Shown here: positions 26,932 to 40,798 of the stretch, piece by piece
How positions within the stretch are numbered: the stretch's first letter is position 1
How the letters are laid out: every line of letters begins with the position of its first letter
Origin: Octopus vulgaris
Lineage: Eukaryota
Direction: 5' to 3'
Assembly (NCBI GenBank): GCA_951406725.2
Contig: OX597833.1
Coordinates: 49,786,001-49,850,000, forward strand
Length of the DNA: 64,000 bases
The notes under the pieces: generated by a model
Seen by the model: the letters and a program-made list of their open reading frames with translations, nothing else
Database searches by the model: none
What the model was told of the DNA's origin: nothing
Position numbers and translations under genes: made by a program

Positions 26932-27349
26932 ATATTTCTTTACTACCCATAAGAGGCTAAACACAGAGGGGACGAACAAGGACAGACAAACGGATTAAGT
27001 CAATTATATCGACTCCAGTGCGTAACTGGTGCTTATTTAATCGACCCCGAAAGGATGAAAGGCAAAGTCGACCTGGGCGGAATTTAAACTCAGAACGTAA
27101 CGGCAGACGAAATACCCATTTCTTTACTACCCACAAGGGGCTAAACACAGAGGGGACGAACAAGGACAGACAAACGTATTAAGTCGATTACATCGACCCC
27201 AGTGCGCAACTGGTACTTAATTTATCGACCCCGAAAGGATGAAAGGCAAAGTCGACCTCGGCGGAATTTGAACTCAGAACGTAACGGCAGACGAAATACG
27301 GCTACGCATTTCGCCCGGCGTGCTAACTTTTCTGCCAGCTCGCCGCCTT
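26932..27349 (-). mobile_element. SINE family B dimer with a single 16-bp TSD
   Basis: CGTAAATGCAAGCAAC at 26916-26931 and 27350-27365. Confidence 0.92.
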
Positions 27350-27787
27350 CGTAAATGCAAGCAACCGTGAGATACGCACCTTGGACACGATCACTAAACA
27401 GTCTAGAAAACGAGAGGCGTTCATTCAACTGTTTTGTATTTGACGTGCATCAGTATAATGATATCATAGATTATTTCATTTCGATTCCTTTTAAAGCAAT
27501 ACCGATTGTTATTTTCCAGCATTGACCTTTACTTACTTAAACCGTCATTGAAAGAAAACACAAACGCAATTCTTCTCCTCTCTTGTTTTACGCGTGTTTC
27601 TCATGTTTCTAGTAGTTTAAACTGCCTTATCAGCGACGCCAGGTCATATTTTACCAATATGTACAGTTCAGTTCACTCAATAGTGCACATATTAATAAGT
27701 TCCTATTTCCATCATTTATCTCTAGCACAGAATTATCTCCTTTAACCATTTTTTTCGTGTTTCAGGGTTAGACTTACAAGAACAATA

Positions 27788-27885
<98 letters not shown>

Positions 27886-27930
27886 CGTACGTACGTATGT
27901 ATGTATATGTATATATATATGTAGGTATGT

Positions 27931-28005
27931 CCTATAACACTATACTTGTTCCACGTCCTCGCGTTGTGTTTTCTCTTTGTTTTCATGTTAAGATTAACTT
28001 TACAT
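27931..28005 (+). mobile_element. 3' fragment of the 15740-15923 element, in a microsatellite
   Basis: TTGTTCCACGTCCTCGCGTTGT..GATTAACTTTACATA matches the reverse complement of 15736-15810. Confidence 0.7.
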
Positions 28006-28007
28006 AA

Positions 28008-28078
<71 letters not shown>

Positions 28079-28599
28079 CGTACATAAATATATACATACA
28101 CTCACACATACACACACGCACACACATTGTTTGCAAACAGTTCATATCTGTGAAGTACAATATATCTACAATATATCTACAATGGGCTATATATAAATTT
28201 GCATATATATTTACATATTGTATACATACACATTAACACACACAGACACACATGTAAATATATGAAACTTATTTTCACTGGGTATGTGCTTACGTGTTTG
28301 ATATCAGAGACAAATAAATATGAGAAATAAAAGAAGAGTACAAATACATATGGATTACTGAATAATGCTATCGTTCTTTCTGCTTGCACAGTATTACAAG
28401 ACATAATGGTATTTTTGCTGCAGACATTTCAAGGTGAGTGTGTGTGTGATTAAGGCGACATTTACAGCTATTGCAATCGCTTTTATTCCATTTCTTTCTT
28501 TTTGTTTTGTTTTTTTTTTGTTCTGTCGATGTGCAGCCGGGTCAATACTTGAACTTGGTCCCAGGGTACGTAACGCGAGACTATAACAACTGCAGCTTG

Positions 28600-28608
28600 G
28601 CAGTAGTA

Positions 28609-28691
<83 letters not shown>

Positions 28692-29624
28692 TGTAGTAGT
28701 GGTAGTAGTGGTGGTGATGGTGGTGGTGATGCAGCAACAGCAACAGCAGTAGTAATAATGGTGGTGGTATTCATCGTAGTAATGGTGTTTGTTATCGTAG
28801 TGTAGTAGGAGTAGTAGTAATGGTGGTGATATTGGTAGTAGTAGCAGTGGCAGTAGTAATACTAGTAGTAGTAGCAGTAATGGTGGTGATACTGGTAGTA
28901 ATAATAGTAGCTGTGGCAGTAGTAATACTACTACTACTAGTAGTAGTAGTAGTAGTAGTAGTATTAAAGGTGGTGATATTGGTAGTTGTAGTAACAGTGG
29001 CAGTAGTAATACTACTACTACTAGTAGTAGTAATGGTGGTGATATTGGTAGTAGTAGTAGTAGTAGTAGTAGTAGTAATGGTAGTAGTAGTAGCAGCAGT
29101 AGCAGTAGTAATACTACTAGTTGTAATAGTAGTAATGGCAGTGATATTAGTAGTAGTAGTAGTAGTAGTAGTAGTAATGGTGGTGATATTGGTGGTAGTA
29201 GTTGTAGTAAAATTGGTGGTGACGACGGTATTACTGGTATTACTGGTGATCCTAATGGTATTGGTAGTAATAATAATAGTAGTGATGGTGATTGTGGTGG
29301 TCGTTGTGGTAGTAGTAGAAGCAGCAGGAGTTGTAGCAGTAACGGTTGCGATATTGGTTGTAGGACAAGTGGTGAAGGCGGTTGTAGTAGAAAAGGCAGC
29401 AGTGTAAGTGGTATTGATAGTTATAATAATAGTAATGGTGGTGGTGGTGGTGGTGGTGGTGGTGGTAGTGGTGGTAGTAGTGGTAACATTTATGGCGGTA
29501 GTGGTAGTGGTGATGGTGATGGTAGTAGTAGTAGTAGCAGTAGTAGTAGTTATTGTTACCATAATTGTCATTATTATTATTATTAATATTATTATTATTA
29601 TTATTATTATTATCATCATCATCG

Positions 29625-29655
<31 letters not shown>

Positions 29656-29739
29656 TATCATCATCATCGTCATCGTCATCATCATCATCATCATCATCAT
29701 CGTCATCGTCATCGTCATCGTCATCATCATCATCATGAC

Positions 29740-29790
<51 letters not shown>

Positions 29791-29850
29791 TATTATTATT
29801 ATTATTATTATTATTAGTATTAGTAGTAGTAGTAGTAATAATAGTAGTCT
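28600..29850. repeat. Long degenerate trinucleotide array (GTA/GTG/ATC/ATT) with higher-order periodicity
   Basis: Visible; recurring GTAATGGTGGTGATATTGGTAG block. Confidence 0.9.
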
Positions 29851-30186
29851 CATTCAAGTTATCAAGTTAGGAGTATACTTATTTTATCTTGTTTACTCTG
29901 ATAAATGCCAATTCGGTTTCTTATGTTCCATATTTTATCTTTAAGTGCCCGGAAATGTCCATTCTGAGCTGACAGCTGACCTCTGACCACGTTTAAAAGA
30001 CCACATTATCATCATATTTACCGGCGAGTCATCATTGGATGTGACGTCATCTTACATGAAATGGTGACTTATTCACTTCTATGTAGTGATGGTTGTGGTA
30101 GTAGTAGTAGTAGTAATAGTAGTAGTAGCAACAGCAGCAACAGCAGCAGCAGCAGCAGCGGCAGCAGCGGCAGCAGCAGCAGTAGC

Positions 30187-30220
<34 letters not shown>

Positions 30221-30553
30221 TTGTGGAATGTTAATTCTATTAATGCTAATACTGCTATGATGCTAATTATTCAAATTCGTAGAAATATAGTTCTTCAATT
30301 TTGGTATGATCTCTTCTCTGAAGTATAGGCAGACCTGATGGTTGAACCGTGCCTGGAAGTGTTACATTTCTGGGCTATTTCCCTTCATCAGCACAGAATA
30401 ATTGTTTGGTTAGATGTGGCGCTGCCAAATTCCCGTTCGAAATATATAATTTTTAGTGACAAATAGTCCCTGATTTATAAATTTGAACATTTCTATTTTT
30501 AAATTTCACAATTTGAGATATTCAGCAACAGTACTTTGTAGTAAACATTGTTT

Positions 30554-30955
30554 GCGCAGGAGTGGCTGTGTGGTAAGTAGCTTGCTTACCAACCACATGG
30601 TTCCGGGTTCAGTCCCACTGCGTGACACCTTGGGCAAGTGTCTTCTACTATAGCCTCGGGCCGACCAAAGCCTTGTTAGTGGATTTGGTAGACGGAAACT
30701 GAAAGAAGCCCGTCGTATATATGTATATATATGTGTGTGTGCTTGTGTTTGTTCCCTCCCCCCCTAACATCGCTTGACAACAGATGCTGGTGTGTTTACG
30801 TCCCCGTAACTTAGCGGTTCGGCAAAAGAGACCGATAGAGTAAGTACTAGGCTTACAAAGAATAAGTCCTGGAGTCGATTTCCTCGACTAAATGCGGTGC
30901 TCCAGCATGGCCTCGGCCAAATGACTGAAACAAGTAAAAGAATAAAAAATTAAAA
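30554..30955 (+). mobile_element. SINE family A, cleanest full-length copy (~400 bp)
   Basis: tRNA-like head (TGGCTGTGTGG, GGTTCAGTCCC), CORE-like CCTTGGGCAAGT, short internal (TA/TG), 3' region ending A-rich. Confidence 0.9.
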
Positions 30956-32243
30956 GATAACATGGCAGTCCTGGTTTAGAACAAAAATACTCTTAAAGAC
31001 AAAAATATACTACTTTGTCCAGGTATGGAACCAACGACTTTATGATCGTGCGCTCAACACAGACCCAATTAAACCATGTGTACCATGGCTATTTGAACGC
31101 TAAGTATATTTTATTAAGATTAACATTATTGCTTTTGATTTTATGCTTATATACTATATTTTATATATTCTAAATATCATTGCTCTATTGTAATCTGCAT
31201 ATATCTTCGTGTTGCTACAATTGATATTGAAGCTCTTGTAGTATATGTTTCTACTGTAACATAGACTGTTTAATATTCAATGCCTGCCATTAAAACAAAA
31301 AACAAAAAACAAAAACAAGCATTAATGTATGAATGTCAGTGTTGCTTTTTCTTCTTCTTTATGTTATGTTCAATAAAACTTGTATTCTGGCAGAGATTTA
31401 ATTTCTTAGTGAAGTAAAACAGGTACCCCAACACACATACATACGTATATGTGCATTTATATATATCTTTGTGCTTGTGTATGCTTGTATGATGAAAATA
31501 CATAGATTTAGTAGGTAGCTGCATGGATATATGTAGTCGCATTGTTATGACAATTGGAAAAACGATGAATAATGTTAAAAGCCTCAAATGTCTACGCATT
31601 TGTGTATGTAAGTATGTAATGTTACCTATCTAACTCTACGTCTACCTATTGTCTCTCTTGCAAGCACATATCTCTTTGATTGCATGTGTAGCTCTCTCGA
31701 AGGAATGGTACATATATAAAAGGAAATCTCTCTCTGGCTCTCTCTCTGGCTCTCTCTCTCTCTATCCCTTTGTCTCTGTCTGTCTTTCTGTCTGTATGTC
31801 TGTTTCTCCGTCTGTAGGCCAGATTCTCTGTCTGTCGGTCTGTCCGTCTCTCTTATTATTTTATAGTTTCTTTTACAGTTTATTTATTTCTCCGATTTTA
31901 GTCATTGAACTGCAGTCATGCTGCATCACTGTCTTCAAGGATATAGACAATTATATCGATTCCAATACTTATTTTATCGACCTCCGAAAGATAAAAGGCA
32001 TACTGAAATCGGGTGGTCTTTGAGTTGATAGCGTAAAAGAACACAAAGGAATGGTTCCAGATGTAAGTCTACTTACATGTCCACAAAGCAACATGAGGCG
32101 TATGAGTAGTTGGCTGAGGCTGTACAGCAAAACATGAAAAGCAAGGCTTTGATATCAAGACATCTTAGTTCTGAAGTGCTAAAGGAAAACATCCGCTTTG
32201 TTTCTGATATGTAGACGCCATATAGAGAGATCTGACAAAGTTC

Positions 32244-32285
<42 letters not shown>

Positions 32286-32318
32286 CGATGATGATGGTGG
32301 TGGTGGTGGTGATGATGG

Positions 32319-32382
<64 letters not shown>

Positions 32383-32670
32383 GGTGATGATAATGATGGT
32401 GGTGATGATGATGATAATGATGGTGGTGGTGGTGGTGATGATGATGATGAGGACGATGATGATTATGCCGATGATGGTGGTGATGATGATGATGATGATA
32501 ATGGTGGTGATGATGATGATGCTGATGATGGTTGTGATGATGATGATGATGATGATGATGATAGTGGTGGTGGTGGTGATGATGATGATGATCATGATCA
32601 TGATGGTTGTGATGATGATGATGATGTTGATGGTGGTGGTGATGATGATGGTGGTGATGATGACGATGAC
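32244..32670. repeat. (GAT/GGT)n array
   Basis: Visible. Confidence 0.95.
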
Positions 32671-33329
32671 AAGACAATAGAAGAAAACTTATTGTACGCA
32701 GAAGACAAACACAAAAAGAAAACAAACATTTGTGAACAAAATATTCTGAATGAAATATGTATTATATATATTCAATATTAAATTTTAAAAATTTCACACT
32801 ATGTTTTAACATACTATCTCATAGAAATGTCATACCAAACCGTAACATAAATAACCGCTATCCGTTTGTTTTTACGCTCTCTTTCTCCACACCTCACTAA
32901 AATTCAAATTATAATACGGGGCAATGGTCTGTAACCAATCTTTTGCGTATCTTTGCAACAACTGCACTATTATTTGTTATAAAGCGACAAGAAGTACTTT
33001 TTAACATTGCACAACGCGAAAACTATCCGTCCTTTCACATTATAGCCTGTTCTTATGTTCCTTGTTATGAGAATATCAATGAAATTGGTGAAGTTGTTCT
33101 ACCTAGAGTTCAGTAAATCTCTCTTCTGTGAAGAAAGACTTCACATTTCGACACCTTTGCTTTCCGCTACGCATTATACACAGTTGATATGTCTCCAAAA
33201 TAACTTCTTTATTGTAATCGCTAGATCAGCTAGAAAGAGCAGCCACGTATCACTCAACTGATGCAGTAATATTTTTTGAGCTAAGACACACTGGATAATG
33301 TATCTTGAAAGTATATATTGTCAGTATAT

Positions 33330-33366
33330 ATTGTTGTGGTGCACCTGAGCACTGTATACAATAATT

Positions 33367-33452
<86 letters not shown>

Positions 33453-33455
33453 TAT
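33330..33455 (+). mobile_element. Possible LINE/SINE 3' end with (TTA)n tail
   Basis: GTGGTGCACCTGAGCACTGTATACAATAATTTC followed by a long (ATT)n tract. Confidence 0.4.
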
Positions 33456-33515
33456 TGACAATATCTTACAAATATTCATAATTCAAAATGGCCACCCTCA
33501 CAAAGAAATAAAGAA

Positions 33516-33976
33516 ATGTTTCTTTATTGCCCACAGGGGGCTAAACATAGAGGGGACAAACAAGGAGAGACAAAGGGATTATCAAGCCCAGTGCGTAACT
33601 GGTACTAATTTAATCGACCCCGAAAGGATGAAAGGCAAAGTCGATGGCCAATAGTTTAGAACGTTTTTTATAAATCTATTAGAACTAAACATAGAGGGGA
33701 CAAACAGGGAGAGATAAAGGGATTATCGACCCCAGTGCGTAACTGGTACTTATTTAATCGACCCCGAAAGGATGAAAGACAAAGTCGATGGCCAATAATT
33801 TAGAACGCTTTTTTTATAAATATATTAGACCTAAACATAGAGGGACAAACAAGGAGTGACAAAGGGATTATCAACCCCAGTGCCTAACTGGTACTAATTT
33901 AGTCGACCCCGAAAGGATGAAAGGCAAAGTCGATGGCCAATAATTTAAAACGTTTTTATTATAAATCTATTAGACC
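33516..33976. repeat. Three ~145-bp tandem units of SINE B fragment plus flank
   Basis: CTAAACATAG at 33541, 33685, 33831. Confidence 0.9.
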
Positions 33977-34568
33977 TTCACGGATCCGGGGCTAAAATAT
34001 AACGGGGGCAACTCATATATAAAACTATCCTCAGTCGGCTTTTTACTGTTCGAGACTCAGAAACCGGTAGCAAGGGTCCCGAGAAAAACAAAAACAAAAA
34101 TAAATAAATAAAAACAAATAAACAAACAAAAAAAACAATCCTGATAGTATTCACTTTCTAAAAAAATGCTTCTGGCTTATGCTGAATTATATAGGCATTG
34201 TATCCTACAAATTCTCCGAACAATAGACCAAGGATACTACTACCCACCACCACCACCACCACCACCACCACCACCACCACCACCACCATCAGCCCATCCA
34301 CCACCAGCACCACCACCACAACCCGAACCCCCAACTGATAGTACAACCGACCACGAATATGACCACAGAACACCCCCCCACCCTCACCCTCACCACATCG
34401 TCCGATGCTACCGCCATCTATACCTCGTGTTTTATTTTCGGAAATCGGTCTCGTTTTCCTGTTCTTGCTCACATTATCTTTGCATTTACAATTTCCTTAT
34501 AAATTGTTGTTATTGTTCTTCTTGTTCATTTTAGCAAACCTCCTGCACCCCCTCCAGTCTCTCTTCTT

Positions 34569-34569
<1 letters not shown>

Positions 34570-34635
<66 letters not shown>

Positions 34636-34648
34636 GTCTTCATCATCG

Positions 34649-34686
<38 letters not shown>

Positions 34687-34690
34687 GTCG

Positions 34691-34728
<38 letters not shown>

Positions 34729-34735
34729 GTCGTCG

Positions 34736-34770
<35 letters not shown>

Positions 34771-34836
34771 TTCATCATCATCATCATCATCATCATCATC
34801 GTCGTCGTCATCATCATCATCATCATCATCATCATC

Positions 34837-34872
<36 letters not shown>

Positions 34873-34876
34873 GTCG

Positions 34877-34973
<97 letters not shown>

Positions 34974-34985
34974 CATCGTCGTCTT
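34570..34985. repeat. (ATC)n array with periodic GTC/TTC variants
   Basis: Visible. Confidence 0.95.
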
Positions 34986-35129
34986 CATCGTCGGCGCCAT
35001 ATCATCGACGTTGCTGTCGTTCTCATCATCACCGTTAATTATTCGACAGAACACAATTTACTTGCAATGTGAGTGTGTGTGTATTAGTGTGTGTGTGTGT
35101 GTGTGTTCGTGTGTGCGCGTGTATATCTG

Positions 35130-35214
<85 letters not shown>

Positions 35215-35317
35215 GTCTCTCTCTCCCTCTCTCTTTCTCTCTCTCTCTCTGTCTATCCGTCTATCTATCAATCTATCTATATCTATCTATGTATGTATGT
35301 ATCTATCTATCTATCTA

Positions 35318-35385
<68 letters not shown>

Positions 35386-36296
35386 CACCTGTGCATCTGT
35401 GCATATATGTGTTTTATTACTTGTACATATATATATGTATGTATATATATATATATGTATATGTATATATATGTGTGTGTGTGTGTGAGTAGTAGCCATT
35501 TGAGCATAAATCTGTGTATGATTGTGTCTATATACGTGTGCATGTGAGTCTGCATGGGTGCGTCTGCGTATGTACGTGTGTGTCTAAATGTGTGCGTGCG
35601 TGCATGCGTGATTGCCCGTGTGTCTAAACTTCCAAATATATACATAGATATTCAAAGATTAGTTGATATATATTCAAAGAGTAATTTAACTATTCCAGCA
35701 ACGATTGATAAATATAACCCGTTCAAGTATTATCGCACAGTGTTATTATGGCTTTTAATAACATCCCATAATTTTAGATCAGATAAATACAGCCAGTGAT
35801 ATCGATCATGTCCAGTCGTTGGCTAAGTAGAAACAGTTATGGCCGCCGAATATAAACGGAGAACGTTAGTGCTAGCAATTAACTACTTTCCAAGCTTAGA
35901 AACCTTTCAAAGCTTGTTACGATAAAACAATTAAAAATTTTTCGAAGTTCTTGATGTCCACCGATTAGTTTGTGGTCATATTACAAGCAATGGCAATAGT
36001 TCTTGTTTTGAATAATGCGGGGGGCTGACGTAGTCTAGTTGATAACATATTGTTCTTTCCAATAATGGTTTTCGCGGTGTATTTCATCCCGATTCAAACA
36101 GTTTCAAAGGTGTGGATTTTTTCATCTTTTTCTGAAATATAATTTTTATGGAAGTGCTTAAGTATTCCCATAGATCAGTAATTGTCAACATTTCCACCGT
36201 GGTTCCCAACAGTAGCTCCCTACCCTTTTATTTAAATGAGTTTTTCCCTGGACACTTTTTAATATGCCTATCAATATATATATATATATATATATA

Positions 36297-36449
36297 TTGA
36301 CAAAACTGTCTGACGAAGGGAACGTGAAACTCTGAGTAAGAGCTTTTTTTTATATTTCTGCTGTTTTTAAAGAAAGTATATTACTCTATCTCTGGTATTT
36401 GAGTATTCTTTTTTCCACCTTGTTTCACATTTATGTGCTTACTCCGGTA
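36297..36449 (+). mobile_element. Hammerhead-bearing Penelope-like pLTR fragment in (TA)n
   Basis: ACAAAACTGT-CTGACGA-AGGGAACGT-GAAA-CTCTGAG-TA-AGAGCTTTT; homologous to 37914-38086. Confidence 0.65.
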
Positions 36450-36461
36450 TATATATGCTTA

Positions 36462-37712
36462 CAGAGTGCGATGGGTAAATCGTCGGTATTTTATATTTTT
36501 AATTTCGCGCATGCGCATTGCTTGAGTGTGATTTTGTCGACTACACAGTACAGTAGGGTCAGTTAAGCACCGTCTGTAACAAAAACAGTACCATGACACA
36601 AAAATTTGAAAACCTCATATTGTGCTGCTTGATATTCACACAGGAAGTTCATAGTTTTGGGGTGTCAATCTGAGGACGGTTTAGAGGATTCGGAAAGAGT
36701 TGGATGTGTCTAATGGTGATCACAAAAGTACGGCAGCTCGGAAAACTCACTCTGATCGTTCTGATAAGAAAAGAACTCCTGAACTTCTTGGCCATGATTT
36801 CAAGGCCATGAGTGTCAACGATCCCTCCAAGTCAATCAGGTCCACCCCCAGGGACATGCGAGTATCTGAGTTTGTTATCAAGCAGGTAGTGCATGAAGTC
36901 ATTCGCTATTCCTCATACAAGATGAGAAAGGGCCAATTGTTATCCCAAGCCATCAAGGATAAGAGGAATGACCGCGCGACGGAGCGAAGACCTACGATAC
37001 ATTCTCGTCGGCTATTAATGGCAACAGACGCTATGAAAACTCAAGCATCCACTACAAACGAACAGGATTTGGTTTTCCTGAAACGAGAAAAATTTTTGCC
37101 AGCATCAGATGGTGAACACACACTACCACTGTTGGCTTGCTATGCCCACAAAACATGTAGCGAAAGTCATAAAACTCAAACATCGTTGCGTTTGGAGTAA
37201 TCACTAGTGATAGTGACATTATTCCTCCATTCGTCTTTCTACACGGCCTCAGACTCCAAACGGAAGCCTACATGAAGTGCCTGGAGGAGGTAGTGCTACC
37301 CCGAATCAAGTAGGTGGCTGCTGGATCATGTAGGTGGCTACCCTGGATCAAGTAGGTGGCTACCCTGGATCAAGTAGGTGGCTACCCTGGATCATGCAGG
37401 TGGCTACCCTGGATCAAGTAGGTGGCTGCAACAGCACTTTGCACATTCGCACACATGCAGGAGAACCCAGTCATAGCTGTCAGACAATTTCCGCGACCAC
37501 ATCACCCCTAACGTCAGGCCACCTAACTCCCCTTTGATTATTATGTGTGGTGCGCAGATGAGCGAGAGACCAACAAAATTTCTTGTAACACCAAAGATGA
37601 ATTGAAAACAAGGATTATGGCAGCATTAACCAACTCAAAGAAGGAGACCGTCCAGGAGAGTTGCAGGAGATTCCGAAGTCGTCTGGAGGCCGTGATTGAA
37701 GCGAATGGCGAC
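36462..37712 (+). mobile_element. Decayed Tc1/mariner-superfamily transposon (maT/DD37D-like), pseudogenised transposase
   Basis: Starts TA|CAGAGTG; fragments [73 protein letters not shown]; frameshifts and stops. Confidence 0.8.
37295..37427. repeat. 22-bp minisatellite inside the transposase remnant
   Basis: GGATCA at 37323, 37345, 37367, 37389, 37411. Confidence 0.9.
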
Positions 37713-37742
37713 TACCCTAGCCACTAAGCCACGCGTCTTCAC

Positions 37743-37823
<81 letters not shown>

Positions 37824-37870
37824 TATATATATATATATATATTCATATATACATATTTATATATATGTAT

Positions 37871-37913
<43 letters not shown>

Positions 37914-37917
<4 letters not shown>

Positions 37918-38086
37918 GGAGTAAGCACATAAATATGAAACAAGGTGGAAAAAAAGAGTACTCAAATACCAGCGGTAGAGTACTATGCTTTATTTAAAAG
38001 CAGCAGAAATATAACAAAAGCTGTTACTCGGAGTTTCACGTTCCTGTTCGTCGGACAGTTTTGTTAAAATAGAACCGAACTTAAAG
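37914..38086 (-). mobile_element. Hammerhead-bearing Penelope-like pLTR fragment in (TA)n
   Basis: Inverted homolog of 36297-36449; same 3' end TGCTTACTCCGG|TATA. Confidence 0.65.
38013..38065 (-). ncRNA. Minimal type-I hammerhead-like motif
   Basis: AACAAAACTGT-CCGACGA-AC-AGGAAC-GT-GAAA-CTCCGAG-TA-ACAG-C-TTTTGTT; long helix I, GUA site. Confidence 0.65.
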
Positions 38087-38390
38087 TATATATATATATA
38101 TATTTACACACACATAAGCACACACACATGTATGTTGTGTGTATGTGTATATATACGCATATGAGCGTATGCAGTCATGTATATTTATTTGGACGATTAA
38201 CGTTGGGAAACATATAAACGTTGGGTGAACATATCTTTAGCCATAAGACAGCACTTTCGATCGTCTTTTGCCAACATCGAACATGGGAATTTCTAAGTGA
38301 AATTCTTTTTATTTTCCATTTCCATTTCGTTGAATTTGTTGTTATCTTCCGTAGAGCATTCGTCATATGTCTTCCGTGTCTGACATTTCT

Positions 38391-38424
38391 CCTGACATTT
38401 CAAATTGATGGTTTCATCAGAAGT
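38391..38424 (-). ncRNA. Candidate minimal hammerhead motif
   Basis: CTT-CTGATGA-AA-CCATCAAT-TT-GAAA-TG-TC-AGG; weak helices. Confidence 0.35.
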
Positions 38425-38899
38425 AGCGTGTTTACATATAGTTAACTTAGTGCACCTTTGACCTTTTTCATGTCAGCAAATGACCTCTTATAAGGAACTT
38501 TGAAAAATGGTCGAATACACTGATTCAAATAAGAAGAAAGTGAAAGAGAGGAAGAGTGAATATAGATGTGTATAAAAGAGAAACAAAGAAGAGAGGCGAA
38601 AATAGAGAGACAGAAAGATAAAAAGGAATATGCTTCTAGAATGAAGATTGTACCATAGTAAACAGGCTTTTAAGTTATTGCCATGTAGGGATCACTTAAC
38701 GTTTGGCATAATCTGACCTTTGGTAAACAATCAGAGCCCGGCTAACTGTAGAGTGACTTTCACTGTCTGTGAGCCTGTTTGAATGTCGGCCTGTTGGATC
38801 GCATCTTAATAGATTTGTAATGTGTGCAAGAATCTATGCACAAAATATATACGTATATATATATACACACACATATATATATATATATGTGTACACACA

Positions 38900-38961
<62 letters not shown>

Positions 38962-39765
38962 CACATAGAAACATTATTATTTCTAAATCTTTACTATATA
39001 TATATCATATATATATATATATATGTGTGTGAGTGTATGTGTATATATATATGTATATATATCTTCTCATCAATCATAATTGTGTGTGCATGAGTGACTA
39101 CGTAAAGTCATTCTTTTTCAATAGTTTTATTTCTCTTTCTTCTATCTTATCTTTCTCTCCTCTCTCTCTCTCTCTCTCGTTTCTCTCTTTCTCTTGTTCT
39201 CTGATTGTATGTGATTTTACGAAGCTGCGTATCTGTGGAAATATATCCAGAACTCAATATGTGTGTCTTTGTTTCAAGTTCATCCTGTATACGTATGGCT
39301 TTCTGTATATGCGTTAGTAAATGTTGGTGCGGCAGAATGTTTCAGTGCATTTAAATATATGTATATTTGAGAGCAACAGTACAATAATCTGTTGTAGGAT
39401 CCGTTGATGAAAGTTCAATCTCTCTATTAGCCTCAGAAGAGTTTCATTTGGCAACAGTAGACATAGATGTCATATATATCGTGACATGGCTGGTGGTATT
39501 GTTATTAGAGTAGAAGGGATGACTCACCATATAACATTTACCAACTCATCTGTTCCTCGTGTTCCTTACATACATACACGGATACATACAAATATACAAA
39601 CATGCCTACATACATATATACATACATACATACATACATACACACATACATACATATATACATACATATATATACACATGTATTTACACATACATGCACA
39701 CATAAGCTCATATATGCATATATATATATATACATACATTCATAGTCATATTTACTTACAAGTAA

Positions 39766-39796
<31 letters not shown>

Positions 39797-39893
39797 TATA
39801 CATATATATATTTAATCGGACACACCACTTTAAAATATACACTGCTCTACATCTCAGGGTATGCTTTTCTGATTTATATATATATATACATAC

Positions 39894-39951
<58 letters not shown>

Positions 39952-40353
39952 TATTCCTGTTTTGCGTCCATAAGTATATATATAACAGTTAAAACGTTCA
40001 TTTCGTTAAAAACAGTCTTTTAGATTTATAATGTTTGGAAAATTGTGATTATGTGATTATCATTATTTACTTTAATTAATAAATTAATGAGGAATGCTTA
40101 TTAACAAGAAAGTCACCGATTTGTCAGTCCAAGCGGTTCACTGCAAATATTTGTTCCGTTTGACTAGACACAAATTACATTAGATTTCAGGAAACAGAGA
40201 GGAGTGGAGGTTGTGACATTAAAGCCTTTACCATTTGAAATGTAATAAATATGACGCAATCGAGAATCAAAATTGTTCTGATAGCTTTCCCCACTTTTGC
40301 TATGACGTATACCGTTATTAGAAAATTTCTGGTTGTGTATTTCAGACAAAGTG

Positions 40354-40798
40354 TTTGGCTAATACATAAAGGTACAACATAAAGTGATAACTCTTAACCA
40401 GGGGTTTAGCGAACCAGGGGTACATTATCAGGGTTTGGCTAATACATAAAGGTACAACATAAAGTGATAACTCTAAACCAGGGGTTTAGCGAACAGGGGA
40501 AAATTACCAGGGCTTGGCTAATACATAAACGTACAACATAAAGTGATAACTCTAAACCAGGAGTTTAGCGAACCAGGGGTAAATCACCAGGGCTGGCTAA
40601 TATATATAAACGTACAACATAAAGTGATAACTCTAATCCAGGGGTTTAGCGAATCAGGGGTAAATCACCAGGGCTTGGCTAATATATAAACGTACAACAT
40701 AAAGTGATAACTCTAATCCAGGGGTTTAGCGAACCAGGGGTAAATTACCAGGGCTTGGCTAATACATAAACGTACAACATAAAGTGATAACTCTAAAC
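40354..40798. repeat. ~80-bp tandem repeat, about 5.5 copies
   Basis: GGCTAATA at 40357, 40437, 40516, 40595, 40677, 40757. Confidence 0.95.

Noticed and set aside
34166-34534. Poly-proline ORF resembling extensin or formin
   Set aside because: Explained by a decaying (CCA)n tract; the remainder is not protein-like
40354-40798. CRISPR-like periodicity
   Set aside because: The whole unit repeats, with no variable spacers
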